Assembly: GCF_006345805.1 (NCBI RefSeq)
Contig: NC_042997.1
Span: forward strand, 60,016,001 to 60,080,000
Source of the DNA: Octopus sinensis
Lineage: Eukaryota
Direction: 5' to 3'
DNA length: 64,000 nt
Positions 36,903 through 52,355 of the stretch are shown piece after piece; the first letter of the stretch is position 1; each line of letters opens with the position of its first letter. The notes under the pieces are model-generated. The model was not told the origin of the DNA, made no database searches, and saw nothing but the letters and a program-made list of their open reading frames with translations. Made by a program: the position numbers and the translations under genes.

Positions 36903-38799
36903 TATAAAAAATGAAAGATATGTGTGCGTGTGTAACACACACATTTTTTAATGGATGGAGGACTGATACGCGAGATGCTTCACATGTAATTTGGATGAGC
37001 TTCTATAGCTAACTGTACACTATCCAGCAATCGATCAGGCTCAATAACATGGCTAATCCGTGTTGAGATGCGAAAAAAAAAAAAGAGGCAAAATTAGAGA
37101 AGAAAAAATTAATAAAGAGAAAATTGTTAAGAAAGCTGGAAAAGGGGATATGTTCGTCATGAAATCTAGGCTATTTCCCTTTAGCTCACTAAATGAAGAA
37201 CATTTTTAATGTTAAGTAAAAAAAAAAAAATGTCTATGCAGTGGTTTCCGAATGGGAGAAAAGTTAAAGTGCGTTGAAATGTGTGTAATGCGACGAGGAA
37301 GTGTCTTTTAGTGCGACATTAGAATCTTATCCGGATGCATATATGTTGCAAAATCTTCCGACTTCGCGTTTAGAAGCTTGGTGCAATTTTGCGATCTAAT
37401 GAAGTTGTGAATGCTTTCATTTATGCAGAACCTGCACTTTTTGACCTGTTAATGTATGGTATGTGGATTACTGCTGTCATTAGGGTTCTATGTATGGCTT
37501 GCTAGTTTTGGGCTTTTCTTTTCGTCTGTGTGCTTAATAAAAGACTGGAGCTTGCATATGTTTTTTATGTGACATTCGCTCAGCCAACCCAATGTATTTT
37601 TACTTTCGGTTTCCTTATTTGACGGAATGGAGACGACTGACCTAAGAAGGTCTGTCTGGTCTAGTGGGAAAGTATCTGAGCTCCTACAATTGTAGTCTGG
37701 AGTGTGTACCTTAGGTTACGTAAAATGATGTGTTTCATAAGCATAATTATCTAACTTCAGTAATAAAGTTAGCTATAATTAGCTAACATTAGTAATAGGA
37801 TCTCCGTCACCTCTTCCTTTGAAGACAGTTTCGTTTAGGTAGGAAGCCCCTGCTATAATACTGCTTTGGCCGACTGTGGTTTTAAAGGAAAGGTATTATA
37901 CAACCTGATCCAAACAAGAATCAGGCCTAAAAATATACCTAAAAAAAATTATGGTTTACTCCTCTTTCCTCTTTGAATGTGAGAACTAACACAAGTATAG
38001 ACAAACATTTCACCCAGATCCATAGATACAATGACATCTTCAGTAAATGTTCAGCGAAAGTTTCCTACAGCCACGGTTCCAATATGAACTCTACATTCGA
38101 GGTGAGAAACTTTAAGAAGATGTATGCATCTCGATAAGTTTTTGTTATCCCCTCCCCACCACCATTCATCAGATTAGACCCAGCATAAAGCACTTTAGCT
38201 TTTCCTCTATTTGACTACCCACGCTAGGTTTCGTTCTTTTTTTTTCTTAGATCTACTGAATAATTCCATGGGCGGAATTATCCCCCTTTCCCTTAAAAAA
38301 TTTCATAACGCTTTTTCGTTTCCTATTCTTGCAATTTTTTCTCGTTCGTTTTCCCGCATTTCCTCACGGAGTAACCATGACATCTGAGTCTGAACGATTA
38401 CAGGATTGCGCGTGGTTCGATATAAACGCCCCTTCAATTATTGTACAAGCAGAGCAAGAAACTTGACATATCTCAGATGTAACTCCTGTATTCATTAAAA
38501 AATATCTCTTGTTGCATTGAATAATTTTTGCTGATCCTAGCAACAAGCGGACATTATAATGTATGTATGTATGTATCTATGTATGTATGTATGTATGTAT
38601 GTATGTATGTATGTATGTATGTATGTATGTATGTATGTATGTATGTATGTATGTATGTATGTATGTATGTATGTATGTATGTGTGCATGTATGTATGTAT
38701 ATAGGTAGGTATGTTTGTATTTATATGTATGTAAGATAATTATGTTCGATAGTAACCCAACTTTGTTATAAATATCCTAGGCAACAAGACTAGTAAAGT

Positions 38800-38860
<61 letters not shown>

Positions 38861-38863
<3 letters not shown>

Positions 38864-39295
38864 CTAAGTAATTAAGGGTTTAGCAACGATTTGCCTCACC
38901 ACACACCGAATTTAGAAATTCCAGTCAAAGAGTTATAGCTATTCTTTCTACTAAAAGGGAGATCTCAGTAAAACCACAGCACTTGAAAGGCAAACACAGA
39001 CAGGCAAGAGAGAAAGAAATGACAGCAATCTATCATACAATTTTAAGTCACCTACGGACGTACGTTTCGAAACTTAAATTAAGTTTCGAAACGTACGTCC
39101 GTAGGTGACTTAAAATTGTATGATAGATTGCTGTCATTTCTTTCTCTCTTGCCTGTCTGTGTTTGCCTTTCAAGTGCTGTGGTTTTACTGAGATCTCCCT
39201 TTTAGTAGAAAGAATAGCTATAACTCTTTGACTGCTATTTCTAAATTCGGTGTGTGGTGAGGCAAATCGTTGCTAAACCCTTAATTACTTAGTAT
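38861..39295. repeat. Near-perfect 435-bp palindrome
   Basis: 217-bp arms with a 1-nt centre at 39078; only two mismatches seen (ttcc versus tagc). Each arm begins with GAAACGUACGUC, the 3' half of a hammerhead. Confidence 0.95.
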
Positions 39296-39419
39296 TACTT
39301 AAACTTTCCTCGAATGAGGTTTTTACATGCCGAAATCTACTTGGTGAAATTAATGATTATTCCAAATTAATTAATTTCACCCTATATTATTACTGATAAC
39401 CATATATATATGTATATAT

Positions 39420-39497
<78 letters not shown>

Positions 39498-40045
39498 TCA
39501 TAAGGGCACACAAAGGCGCCTACCTGCTAGAAAGAGGAGTTAAACCCATATTTAAACCACCAATAGCAATACTGAAAAATACCAAAGAAGAACAACAGTA
39601 GTCGGGCGAATAATAACAATAATAATATCTATATAAATATTCACTCCTGAATATTTGCTCCTTGCCTGTCTCCTGTCCAAGATTGATTGTTCTTGCCTGT
39701 CTCCTGTCCAAACTTGATTTACGCGTTCACCACCACAACCTCGTGTTTTCACTGTCCTGTTTATGTTACCAATTTTGTCCCTCCGCAAAATCCAAAATTT
39801 CATTTAATTTGCCTTGCGGGACCAACTGTTTTATTGAAACCGTATATGGTTGTTAAATGCTCGAAATAGGAGAGTAGAAAAACAGCCGACAACTGGTGAA
39901 TGTTCTTTATGTTGTTTGTCTTGTTTTCCATTTATGTCTTTCGTTGTTCGAAAAAATAGTTCATATTCCATGTACTCGTACTTCGTATTGTTTTGTTCTA
40001 CACGTTTCATGACTTCCTGTGCCCACATATGCATATATATATATA

Positions 40046-40142
<97 letters not shown>

Positions 40143-40849
40143 CTCCAGACTAAGTAACTGACTTTAGCGTTAAGATTTTCCACAAACTTAGATGTTCATT
40201 TTTCAACATTTCCGGTATTGCCACAAATTCTAAGGATAGATTTAACTTCATCAAATACGAACCCATATATGGAGCATGCCATAACTTTGGAAATATAGTT
40301 TTTCAATGTTTTTAAAAGTAAATACAGGTATAAAAGTGAAAACAATAGTCATGATTTAAGTATCTTCAGTAAATGATAAGCATTAAACTTGAGCAACTTT
40401 CACTATTTTCAACCTAACCAGTTTCAAATGTCATGCTCTGGATAGAAATGTCCTTTATACAATTAAATGTTAAGAAACAATATATTTTGTGGTCCTTGAC
40501 ACCATACATGTCTCATATTTGCGGAATTTATCTGCAGATATGCGCACGCTCTGCTTAATTCAGTGTGACTATCATTGCAAACTAAATGAGACATGTTTTG
40601 TTGAATTTTTAAACCGTTTCTTATGAAAATTGGTACTTTGAAAATGCTCTTAATGTTTTAATAGTGAGGTCATATGAATCAAGGTCACTTTTCGTCAAGC
40701 ATGGTCAAAGAATTGTAAAAAGAACTTCATGGTATGTATGCTCTTTAAGGAACTTTGTCATCACAAATCTGCATTTGCTTACTTTATAACTGTTCTGAAA
40801 AAGCTTTTCCCAGGTGACAACTGTCTTGAATATGTTTTGTGTTTCAGGA

Positions 40850-41800
40850 ATATAGCCAGTTGTGAGAGAAGAGAATGTAAAAACAGCCCCGATGTCTTCT
40901 TTAGGCAGTGAAATAAAATCACAGATTTTATGAAGGAAGCTTACCTTACTTCCTTACTTATTTTAGCATGAAACTGGGTGACAATATAAAGCCTGGGCGC
41001 CCCATATAGTGTGCAGAACGTGTGTTAAAACATTGAAGCAGTGACTGCTTCAGATGCTTAAGCAGAAACTTTCCAGTTTTGTCTTGTAAGAAAATTAAGG
41101 TTGGTGTGTTTGATAGGTGACTATTTAAGGAAGAGCTATTTTTGGAGACCATGGTGGCATTGGAAAAGAATCACAGGATGCTTTTGCTTCAGTTGTATCT
41201 GATTTCCTGGGAAACAGGAAGTCATCAAATTATGAAGATCTTGTACAGATCCTTTTAAGCAGTTTTCGAGCACTGGGCTGCAACATGAGTGTAAATGTGC
41301 ATTTCCTGTACAGTCATCTGGACTATTTCCTTCAAAATCATGAAGCAATAAGTGATGAGCAAGGAGAAAGATTCAACCAAGACATCGAGAACATGGAGAC
41401 TAGGTACCAATGTGATGCTGTCTACTGCAGGTCACCGTAAAGAGACTGTAATGATGCAATTTATTCACATAAAGCAGCAAAGAGAATGTTCATTCCTTGA
41501 GTACCAATATCTCCAGTTTGACAGAAATATCTATTCTAAGATGTCTAATTAAACATTTCTATAATGTATTTGGTAAACAATAGAAAGTACTATTTGGTTT
41601 GTGTTAGTTTCTTGTTTCAGTATTGCATTTAATGATAAAATTGACATTTTTGGTAAAAAAATGAATTCCTGTTTAACTAAAGACTTGAGATGATAGAAAA
41701 TTTCTGAGGGCATTTCTGAACCCAGCACCATCAAATTAGGTAGGATTAATTGTAAAAAGCAAGACAACTAAAATTTTTTTCAAAAATGTTACTCAGTGTG
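40850..41800 (+). mobile_element. Internally deleted DNA transposon of the widespread family with WAPH..C..C and HFL.SHLD..DEQGERF.QD motifs (superfamily not assigned)
   Basis: ECKNSPDVF, WAPHIVCRTC, DAFASVVSDFLGNRKSSNYEDLV, GCNMSVNVHFLYSHLDYF, SDEQGERFNQDIENMETRYQ; terminal ttactcagtgtg at 41800. Confidence 0.8.
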
Positions 41801-42258
41801 ATCTATGTATTTTATAAATATTGATGATTGTCTCAAATCATGGAAATATTAAATAGCCTCCTACCTCCTGTACAATTGACAACTCAGCAACAGAATATGA
41901 AAGCTACAATTACAGAGTAGTCACGTATATAAAGGAAATATGAGACTGAGGTCATCAAACATGACCGCGTAGAGAAGGTATTTGAAATCCGTGAAGATTT
42001 ACTGATACAGTACGTATTGAGACATGTGAAGAGATACTGATACACGAATGGATAGAGCTACGTGAAGATATGTAATGTCGATAAATGACGCTGACAACAA
42101 TTGTGAAATGATTTTATCTTTACGGTTTGATACGTCTCCACATGTTTAATTTCTTGAAAGCTCGTTTGACACATTGAAGGAATTAGAAGCCATTGCATAC
42201 ACTAACGAATTTCTATCTTAATTGGGTTCAAAATTCTTAACCGAAATCCTCCTCTCTT

Positions 42259-42290
<32 letters not shown>

Positions 42291-42375
42291 TGTATGTATG
42301 TATGTATGTATGTATGTATGTATGTATGTATGTATGTATGTATGTATGTGTGCGTATCTTTTATTCACATATATC

Positions 42376-42466
<91 letters not shown>

Positions 42467-44189
42467 GTGTGTTTGTCTGCCTATCTCTCTGTATGTTTGT
42501 CTGCCTATCTGTCAGTGTAGTTGTCTTTCTATTTATTTATTCATCTATATATAGATGGAAATCGATAGATAGATAGATAGGCAGGTAGATAAATACTGAG
42601 AGAGAGAGAGAGAGAGAGGAGAGAGGAAGAGGTAGGTAGATAGATAAATATTAAGAAGGAGAGAAAGAGGTATGTAGATAGAAGGTAAGTAATTATGCAG
42701 ATAGATAGATAGATAAAGTGAGAGAGAGAAAGAGAGAGAAACAGATACATACATACATACATACATACATACATACATACGTGATGGCCGTCCATTCGTG
42801 ATGGCTACATACATACATTCATTCATACATGCATACATACATACATACATACATACATACATACATACATACATAAATAAACATTATTTTTGTATATTGT
42901 ACAAAATTTTCTAAATGTGAAGTGATGGTTTGAAACATGTATCTTGGAGTGGCCATTGTGTCTATGTAAACATATACATTGGTTCTATTTTAGCTAATTA
43001 ACAAGTTTAACTCATCGGATTCTTGACTAATTATTTGGTTAATCAGCGAATCAGTTGGTTTACCAGAGTCCTTTCATCATCATTCATGATCTCATCAATG
43101 ACGTGTTCTCTTTGCTCCAGGTCTGACACATTGTATTCAAATTGGATCTTATGAGTGTTTTACGCTATTTAATCACTTTGGAATGTGTGACTGCATGTGT
43201 ACATATATACGCGCGAGATCGCGCATATAGGGTGGCTACTGCTTGAGTGTATATGTGTTTCTTTGCAGCTTGAGTATTTTGTCTTGACTGGACAAGTCTG
43301 ACCAACCAAGACAAAAATTCAACATTGTCAGTATTGCCATTTTCATCATTTGAGTACTGATAGAGTTCCAATTAAAGTTTTTTTTAAATCCTTAATCTAG
43401 TACCGGTGCTTCTCTACGCTCTCTACATGCGGTTTTACTTATATAAATTATATGTACTTTTTATGAGATTCTTTGTCGCTTATTTCTTTTTGTACATCTT
43501 GACATATCACCGTTGTATAGGTGTATGACCTCCATTTATTCTTATCTCTCAAGGTAATAATGAATCTATCCACATAAACGTATTTACTCTTATACACACG
43601 TACATGGCTACCGACACACACACACATGTATATACACAAATATGCACATACTCATATGTGTGTGCATACACATATGAATACCCATGCACACATGTATAGG
43701 TTCATACTGATATATACATACATACATATATATATACACATACACGCACACACACATATATATATATACTAATATGCATACGCAAATGCTTATATACATA
43801 TTCTCATACCTACATATAGTGACGTTAGAGCACACATATCAGATGACTGTGGTACTGGAGTCGTTGATGATTCTTTTACGCGCTTACAAATACAAATCTA
43901 TTTGTATATAAGATTTGTGTCCGTCGTAGCTAGATATTTTGGGGCTGGAATAGTTGACAGCATCAGTCATGGAATGACTGGCATCTATCTACCGATCCCA
44001 TATCTGAAAACATACATGCACCGACTCGTACGTGCACAGTGGCACAAAAAGATAATCACGCGCACTGTGGCACAGAAACATAATCACGTGTACAGGTGGG
44101 AAAGTTATGTCCAGGATCTGTTGGTAGCAGTTATGGGATCATTACTTTTTTCGCTAGTACTTTTTATTGACTATGGTCTGTTTCCAATA

Positions 44190-45193
44190 TGCATATAGCT
44201 TCTATTTATCTTAATGTCGCGTTTGATTGTGTGCCGATAAGATTTTAAATTTTCTATATTGTTCAGTTTGTCGTAATGTTTATTATTTGAGTGGTGATAC
44301 TAGATCAATGAAAGATTGTTATCCCTATGCATTTCCGAGTGATCTACTGCTCTCTCAGCTAAGCTACATACAGTTTTTCCAATAGTTAACCCCTCTGTGC
44401 ATTTCATCTGGTATAATTTTACCAATCAACTTTGGATTCATATAACATTCTATAAAATTATTTTTACTACAAGTGGACATATTCAGCGGCTATGACCTAC
44501 TTATCATTGATTCAATGTATTTGTTTTCTTTTTCAATTACTGTAATCTTGTGTTTTGCCTTGCTAAGTGCTTTTCTAAATTCATGGACTAGTTCATCTTT
44601 AGCGGTAGTATCAGTAAACATTGCTTCTAGGAACAAGGCACTGTTATACTATAGTTTACTTTAACATCTTTTTAGTTTTTAGCCTATTCCATGTTTTGTT
44701 CCTATATCCAAAACAAATACCATTGTATCATTTCTTATATTTTCTAACTTGTTGTTGAATCCTGAAAATTGCATGCGATGGATGGAGTCTTGTTCATGTT
44801 CTTTATTTCAGCACTGTGGCGCAGAGGGTATATATTATATATAATTGTTACTAAGTCTGCTATTAGTGTATTTATTTTAATGTCTCCAGTTATAGTGGAG
44901 TTCTTGTTGATTAAGTCATATCTTCCTTTTTTCTATATTTTAGTAGAATTTCGATTCAGTTCAGGAAGAATGCTACCAGCTAAAAGCTTAACATTAGCTA
45001 ATCTATTGATCACAGCATTATGAAAATTTATGTCTTCACATTAAGGGATACAGTGAGTGAATTAGGAGAGAGTCTTGTCATGTATGCTCCCGGTTATTTT
45101 AGACAGATTATTTCCATACTTCCTAAATGTACTAGATAAAGCAGTTCAAGTTGGAGTTTTCTTTGTCACTTGACTTAAAAGAGTATATATATA

Positions 45194-45240
<47 letters not shown>

Positions 45241-45560
45241 GTGAGCCTTTCCTGAAATTCATTGACTTTGATTGCCATGAATATCATCCCGATACCGAGT
45301 GTAATGAGAGTTGTCATATGGGTTCAGCTTTGGAAAAACATAACTCTTGAAAGGGGATAAATTTCGGCAGATGTATGTTTATGTTCGGCATACGGGCTGA
45401 GAAGGTCTGCTCTTGTTTTCGTAGATATCTAAAAGTGATCAACAGGAATATTTCATATCCTGTTTTGGAATTTCATCTGCAACTGTGTAACTTCTCTTTA
45501 ACCGTCCACTGAGACATCGCTTGCAAACCCACTATTACCAAGTTGCCAAGCAGAAAGCAC
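44190..45560 (-). mobile_element. Degenerate Penelope-like element (RT core and GIY-YIG)
   Basis: YTRYRDDI at ~45280-45303; LYQMKCTEGLTIGKTVCSLAERAVDH and FKILSAHNQTRH..IEAI at 44190-44430; interrupted by (TA)n at 45185-45238. Confidence 0.65.
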
Positions 45561-46261
45561 ATAAATGTAAAATTAATCTTTATGATTTATTTAAGCCCTT
45601 AGTAATAGCATGTTTTATATCGGTGGGTATTTAAAGAAGCTACAGAGTCTTTGAGGAAATCTCAACTCAGGAATGAAACTTAATGAGTTGATCCCTTTTT
45701 ATTCCTCGCAAACTTACATTTGTATATCTCTGTGGAAACTGTTGACTAAAAAACCATTGGAACGAAATAATAATTTATACATAAAAAGCATTCTTACTCA
45801 CATATATATACATACGTGAATATATGAGTAGTGAGTGGGGAAAGAAAATTAAATTTAAAAACTGCTGGCGAAATATTAGTGTACTATGTATAATTTTTTG
45901 AATACATACACTAATAGTTAATTTTCATGAAGTGTGTATATCTATAAACACCTGATGTTCGTTCTAAGAGCTGCATCGGATTTCTGCTTTTTACTTATAA
46001 ATCTGGTACATGTAGTTATGACAAAATATTTTATCCGTAAATTCGGTTATCTAATGGAACAGGTGTAAAAAAACACACATACACCCACACACACATGTAT
46101 GTGTAAGTATATATGTGATGTGTGCGCTGATACGTTCTCACACACACTACACACATGCATACATACATACATACATACATACATACATACATACATACAT
46201 ACATACATACATACATACATACATGCATATATACATACATACATAATACATACATATATAC

Positions 46262-46314
<53 letters not shown>

Positions 46315-46319
46315 CATAC

Positions 46320-46395
<76 letters not shown>

Positions 46396-47119
46396 CATAT
46401 ATATATATACATATACATACATATATACATACGTAGTAACACATAGTTCTATGTTAGCTATTGATAACTTACAGATAATCCACTCGGAATACAAGTTCAG
46501 AATTATAAGCTTACTTTGATTCATAACCATCTGCGTCAGCATGAATATTGAGAAATTAGGGTTCTTGAATACGATAAGGAGAAAACTAATTTAGAAAATG
46601 AACGAAAATGTAAAAATATGTCAAATTTTTCAAAAGTTTAGTATATAAGTACATATGAACATATCAAGACAAGTGCATTTGCACATGTCTTGATATGTAA
46701 CTATATGTATGAGTACAGATTCACAAAAGAAAATATACACATTTGTACGTATATTGACGACAAATACTGGTACATATACATACATGCACAACATCCTGTT
46801 GATGTTGTTGATGTGTCTGATTTAAGAAGTATGCATCAATTCCACAAGCATTTAAACCTAGATAATGTTAAGGTTTATTACATCACTTCTGATTCTTAAA
46901 GATATTCGGGAGCTGATTGGAAGTAGTTTAACAGGCCCCAACGTTTTCTGTTTACAGAGATATCTTACATAAAACAATATGCTCACACTTTTCTATTACA
47001 TACAAGTCTAGCTAAAAATCTTTAGATATGTGTTTTATAGTTTATAGTTCATAAGTGTATATATATGCATAATGTATTTAAGTACGTATGTATGAATCAT
47101 CATTATCCTCATCAACCAT

Positions 47120-47378
47120 TGGAAATTACTGTTTCGCGTCCTAAAACTCATAGGCCCAGTTACTTGGTTTCTATAGCGTATATGAGACCGGGATTACGAC
47201 ATCCTCACTGAATAGGACTCCAATACCTTGCAGGATTACTCATTTACAGCTGAGTGAACTGCAACATCGTTAAATTAAATGTTTCGCTGAAGAGCACAAC
47301 GCACCACACGGTCCGGAAATCGAGATAACAATCGTTAGATCCTGAGTGCAACACCCTAATCACTCAGCCACGTGCCTG
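47120..47378 (-). mobile_element. tRNA-derived SINE, family D (local label); second fragment at 62255-62385
   Basis: gtgcaacaccctaatcactcagccacgtgcc head; gctgaagagcacaacgc and gttcaagaacaaaacgc motifs. Confidence 0.65.
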
Positions 47379-47794
47379 TAAGTATGAACAAATGTACATT
47401 ATCATCAATGTGCGAATGTATGTATTTAGTACATGTGGTTAAGAACTGCACTTAACAATCACCAAACTAAGATTAGATACTATTGCGTAGAATCTATGTC
47501 AAGAGTCTTTTACTATTAAATGTGAGTAGTCTAAAACTGTGTGGAAGCTTGTCGAGTGGGCTGTGTTTCAACGCCCAGTTTTATCGCATTTTGTATTACA
47601 CTGACTTGGCTTAATAATTACATTAAGGGTCTGCATTTCTACAGAATATATATCCACTTAGACATTTATATAACTAATAAATAAATTAGTTAACGAACGA
47701 CTGATCCATCATGTATATATCTATGCGCTAATGTGTGAAGCATGTAGATTTAAATATATTTTGTACAATGCAGGTATATATATATATACAAGAT

Positions 47795-48858
47795 AAGAAA
47801 ATGGAGAAATACATCTAAATCAAATATCAATTACCAGATAATACTCAATCACATACTTTATTAAACCACCACATAAGAGACTGTAGGGTTAAATATAAAA
47901 AGCAGAACAAATCAGTGTACATAAAGGAATGTACATAAAAAAGTGTACATAAAGGAGTAATGTTGTATAAGTAGAATATATATAAAAGAGAATATAAATA
48001 TAAGTAAATATAAGTATAGATTACATCTTACAGCTGTTTCGGCCATGTAGATAAGTATGTCTCATTTTACCAATATTAGCCCTTTATGGTTGGTCAATAT
48101 ATAGATATAAATGAGACATTTACAAAAATATCATAAGGCCTCTTCGGAGATTATGTAATATAAATCAGTCTACATATATACCCACATGGGTGTGGGTGCA
48201 TACCCATATTACAACATATACATATACATATGAGTGCATATACTCACACTCTTATACATATAAAAATATACATATACATAATGATATAAATAAATAATAT
48301 AAATTAGTAAACATATATATGTGTTCCACATCCAATGTCTCAGTTTTTCGACTTAATATTGTGATAATAAACATACACAAATTAGTACCTAGATGCAAAT
48401 ATACATAGTCAATAGTACATTATATTACTTCATAATAATTTCTAAAGTGTCATTAAAGTTAGCATCATTATCGTTGTAAATACCATTAATGTTACCATTA
48501 TTATCATTCATAATATTATTAATAACGCTTACATTAGGATCCAGAGCGGTTTGCATCTAGGTGCTAATATTGGTAAAATGAGACATACTTATCTACATGG
48601 CCGAAACAGCTGTAAGATGTAATCTATACTTATATTTATATTTACTTATATTTATATTCTCTTTTATATATATTCTACTTATTATACAACATTACTCCTT
48701 TATGTACACTTTTTTTATGTACATTCCTTTATGTACACTGATTTGCTCTGCTTTTTATATTTAACCCTACAGTCTCTTATGTGGTGGTTTAATAAAGTAT
48801 GTGATTGAGTATTATCTGGTAATTGATATTTGATTTAGATGTATTTCTCCATTTTCTT
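47795..48858. repeat. Large inverted repeat of PLE pLTR type; right arm lacks ~300 bp
   Basis: Arms 47795-48399 and 48550-48858 are nearly identical. Segment ~48081-48385 is absent from the right arm, with attag microhomology at the junction. Confidence 0.9.
48020..48158 (-). ncRNA. Type I hammerhead motif with U4C core and ~100-nt extended stem II
   Basis: AUUAC AUA AUCU-CCGAAGA-GGCC..AUGUCUCAUUU..AAAUGAGACAU..GGCC-GAA-ACAGCUGU-A-AGAU GUAAU; predicted cleavage after A48029. Confidence 0.7.
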
Positions 48859-49030
48859 GTATTAGTAATTTGTGGTAAATCATTTTACGTTTGCCCATAT
48901 AATACAGTAAATGAATTGATTACATCGCAATCATTAACATTTATGTATTAACTTTGTTGGGTATTTCACTAGCAGTATATTGGATATATGTTATCCCATG
49001 GAGGGTTGCATTTAAACCCCTATCTCAATT

Positions 49031-49101
<71 letters not shown>

Positions 49102-49454
49102 GTTCTATGTAGGTTTATATATACTGGGTGCTATTTAGGTGTGACTGTGTGGTCAAGAAACTTGCTCTCCAGCCTTATGAGTGTGTGTATATGTCTGCGT
49201 GCGTACGTGCGTGTGCGTGTGTGTATTTGTGTGTGTGTGTGTATGTGTCTGTGTATTTGTGTCTGTGTTTGTCATTCACAACTGCTTAACAGCCACTGCA
49301 GGTTTGTTTATGCCCTCATAACTTAGCGGTTCAGCCAAAGATACTGTTAGAATAAACAAGGTTTAAAAAATAAGCACTGGAGTTGATTTGTTCGACTACC
49401 CTAGCATGGCTGCAGCCTGATAAAAGGCAAAAGACATATACACATATCATTACA

Positions 49455-49489
<35 letters not shown>

Positions 49490-49490
49490 G

Positions 49491-49529
<39 letters not shown>

Positions 49530-49547
49530 TTATGCGCCCTTTTCAAA

Positions 49548-49923
<376 letters not shown>

Positions 49924-49925
49924 TA

Positions 49926-50040
<115 letters not shown>

Positions 50041-50105
50041 CATATGTGTGTGTATACATACATACATACATATATAAATACATATACATACACACACACA
50101 CAAAA

Positions 50106-50139
<34 letters not shown>

Positions 50140-50721
50140 GTGCCATTCCCTTATGTTCACACGCATCCCTATTTTCTAATATATCAAATTTACCAGGTGA
50201 CGACATGTTAGGTTATCAATTATTCACCGGCTGAAAGATATGTGACTTCATGGGGTGTAGAAAAGTTTGAGCTGAATGTATATAAATTTACAGACTTCCT
50301 TGCAAAACAAACAATAAATAAAACTAATTACGAGGTAGTTCTTTATTGACAAAACTATATATATAACTAGTATATAGTGATAGTGATTTGATAATGTTGA
50401 TGTTGGGTTGAGTATTATTAATATGTTCCTTCAATTTCATGACTACAACGTTTGGTACAATCTCCATCTTGACATAAACATGAAGAATGGAATTCACCTT
50501 GCTGAAACATTATACGGTCACATATAGATGTATACACGTATATGATGGTACATATGTATATATGTATGAATGTATGTATGTATGTATGTATGTATGTATG
50601 TATGTATGTATGTATGTATGTATGTATGTTAATAAAACTATATATATATATATATATATTTATATTAACACCGATATTTATTTCCCAACTTGAGTTTTAT
50701 GGTTCCACGATTTTCATATCC

Positions 50722-50842
<121 letters not shown>

Positions 50843-50843
50843 C

Positions 50844-50883
<40 letters not shown>

Positions 50884-50972
50884 TGCTCTCTCGTTCATCG
50901 CCCTTCCTTTCTCCGCTCCTTTCTATATATCTGTATGTATATATATATGTATATATACATACACACACTAAT

Positions 50973-51006
<34 letters not shown>

Positions 51007-51627
51007 ATATATATATTTATATAATAACCATTTGTGTGAAAAATATGTAAACTACAGCATTATTCACCTTAATATCTTCTCAAATATAACGCTATAATCA
51101 TGAAATATTTTTTCTTTCATTTTGTATGTGTCTGTTAGAAAGAAACTCGTATGAGATTTTGTACATTATGCGCAGCATAGTAAAATCACTGAAGCATTCT
51201 GTTCCGTTTCATTACTTTTTAATATATCAAGTAAATCAGTATTTCAAATTTATTGCTGTCTATTTCATATAATATGAATTCCAGTTTCCTGCTGAGTTAA
51301 AAGTAAAACGATTTTTTCGATGTAATATGTCTCTGATGCTTTAACAATAGAAACAAAGGAAGATATCGATAGATTATTATCTAACAGAGACACTAACATT
51401 CCTTAGTTACATCAAATATCAGTTTAACCATCTATCATTGCGTCATGGTATTATGTTACTGGACATCATGCACAGTGTTTTCAACAATACGACTATTTTG
51501 TACTCTATACATGAATTTAAGCGTAAATTTTAGAGTCTTTCATCCAACGTATATTCATCTTGTGAATATACGTTGTGAATATACTCATTAGTTAGATAAG
51601 TTATAAGTAGGTAAAAATTGCGTTTGA

Positions 51628-51725
<98 letters not shown>

Positions 51726-51747
51726 GATGATGATGATGATGATAATA

Positions 51748-51804
<57 letters not shown>
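51628..51804. repeat. (AAT)n-(GAT)n-(AAT)n compound trinucleotide array
   Basis: Direct reading. Confidence 0.95.
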
Positions 51805-51807
<3 letters not shown>

Positions 51808-52347
51808 GCCTTGATGCAGTACCAGACAGTGGCTCTCATGGCTTCTGATCTTAACTGATTGGAAGTGTTATCATGTACATTGTTTTGTCTTGGTATAAAT
51901 GATGGGCTACAGCAAATATTCTGCTCAATACCACAGATTTGCTTGTCAGTTGCTTGACCTTAACTAGTTGACCATGTTCCTTAGTGGTTGGCGATATGTG
52001 CATCTCTGATCACAGACAGAAGTAGTGGGGGAGCATCATAGCCGTGTGTTGAGAGGAATTCTTAGAGGTTTGGTTAATTCACATTTGGAAACATGGGTGG
52101 TTCGTTCAACATCCTTAAACAATTCTTATTCAGGGACCTTTTGAGCGGGATGGGCTACTCGACCAGAAGAAAATTCTAATAGGGCCCCACCTGCAAGGTC
52201 ATGCGCTGTTTATCTTGATATGAGATCACCATGTCGCGCACATATGGTTGTGATGCATGTACCTAGTGTACCCTTATCAGATGGGTATACTGGTCTTCGT
52301 ATATTTTACCCAGTGTCACTTTGATGGCATGCGCTGCTCTCTCACTC
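51805..52347 (+). mobile_element. ~542-bp (AAT)n-embedded element, second copy
   Basis: (AAT)n-aaatgccttgatgcagtacc ... gctctctcactc-aataataat; inverted relative to 28435-28976. Confidence 0.85.
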
Positions 52348-52355
52348 AATAATAA

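Noticed and set aside
43030-43371. Protein-like minus-strand stretches (NTDNVEFLSWLVRLVQ; IQFEYNVSDLEQREHVIDEIMNDDE)
   Set aside because: Frames are broken by stops and shifts, splice sites are weak and no family is recognised; probably a decayed transposon ORF.
45423-45510. Plus-strand exon after a strong acceptor (ttgttttcgtag)
   Set aside because: It overlaps the antisense strand of the Penelope-like RT relic.
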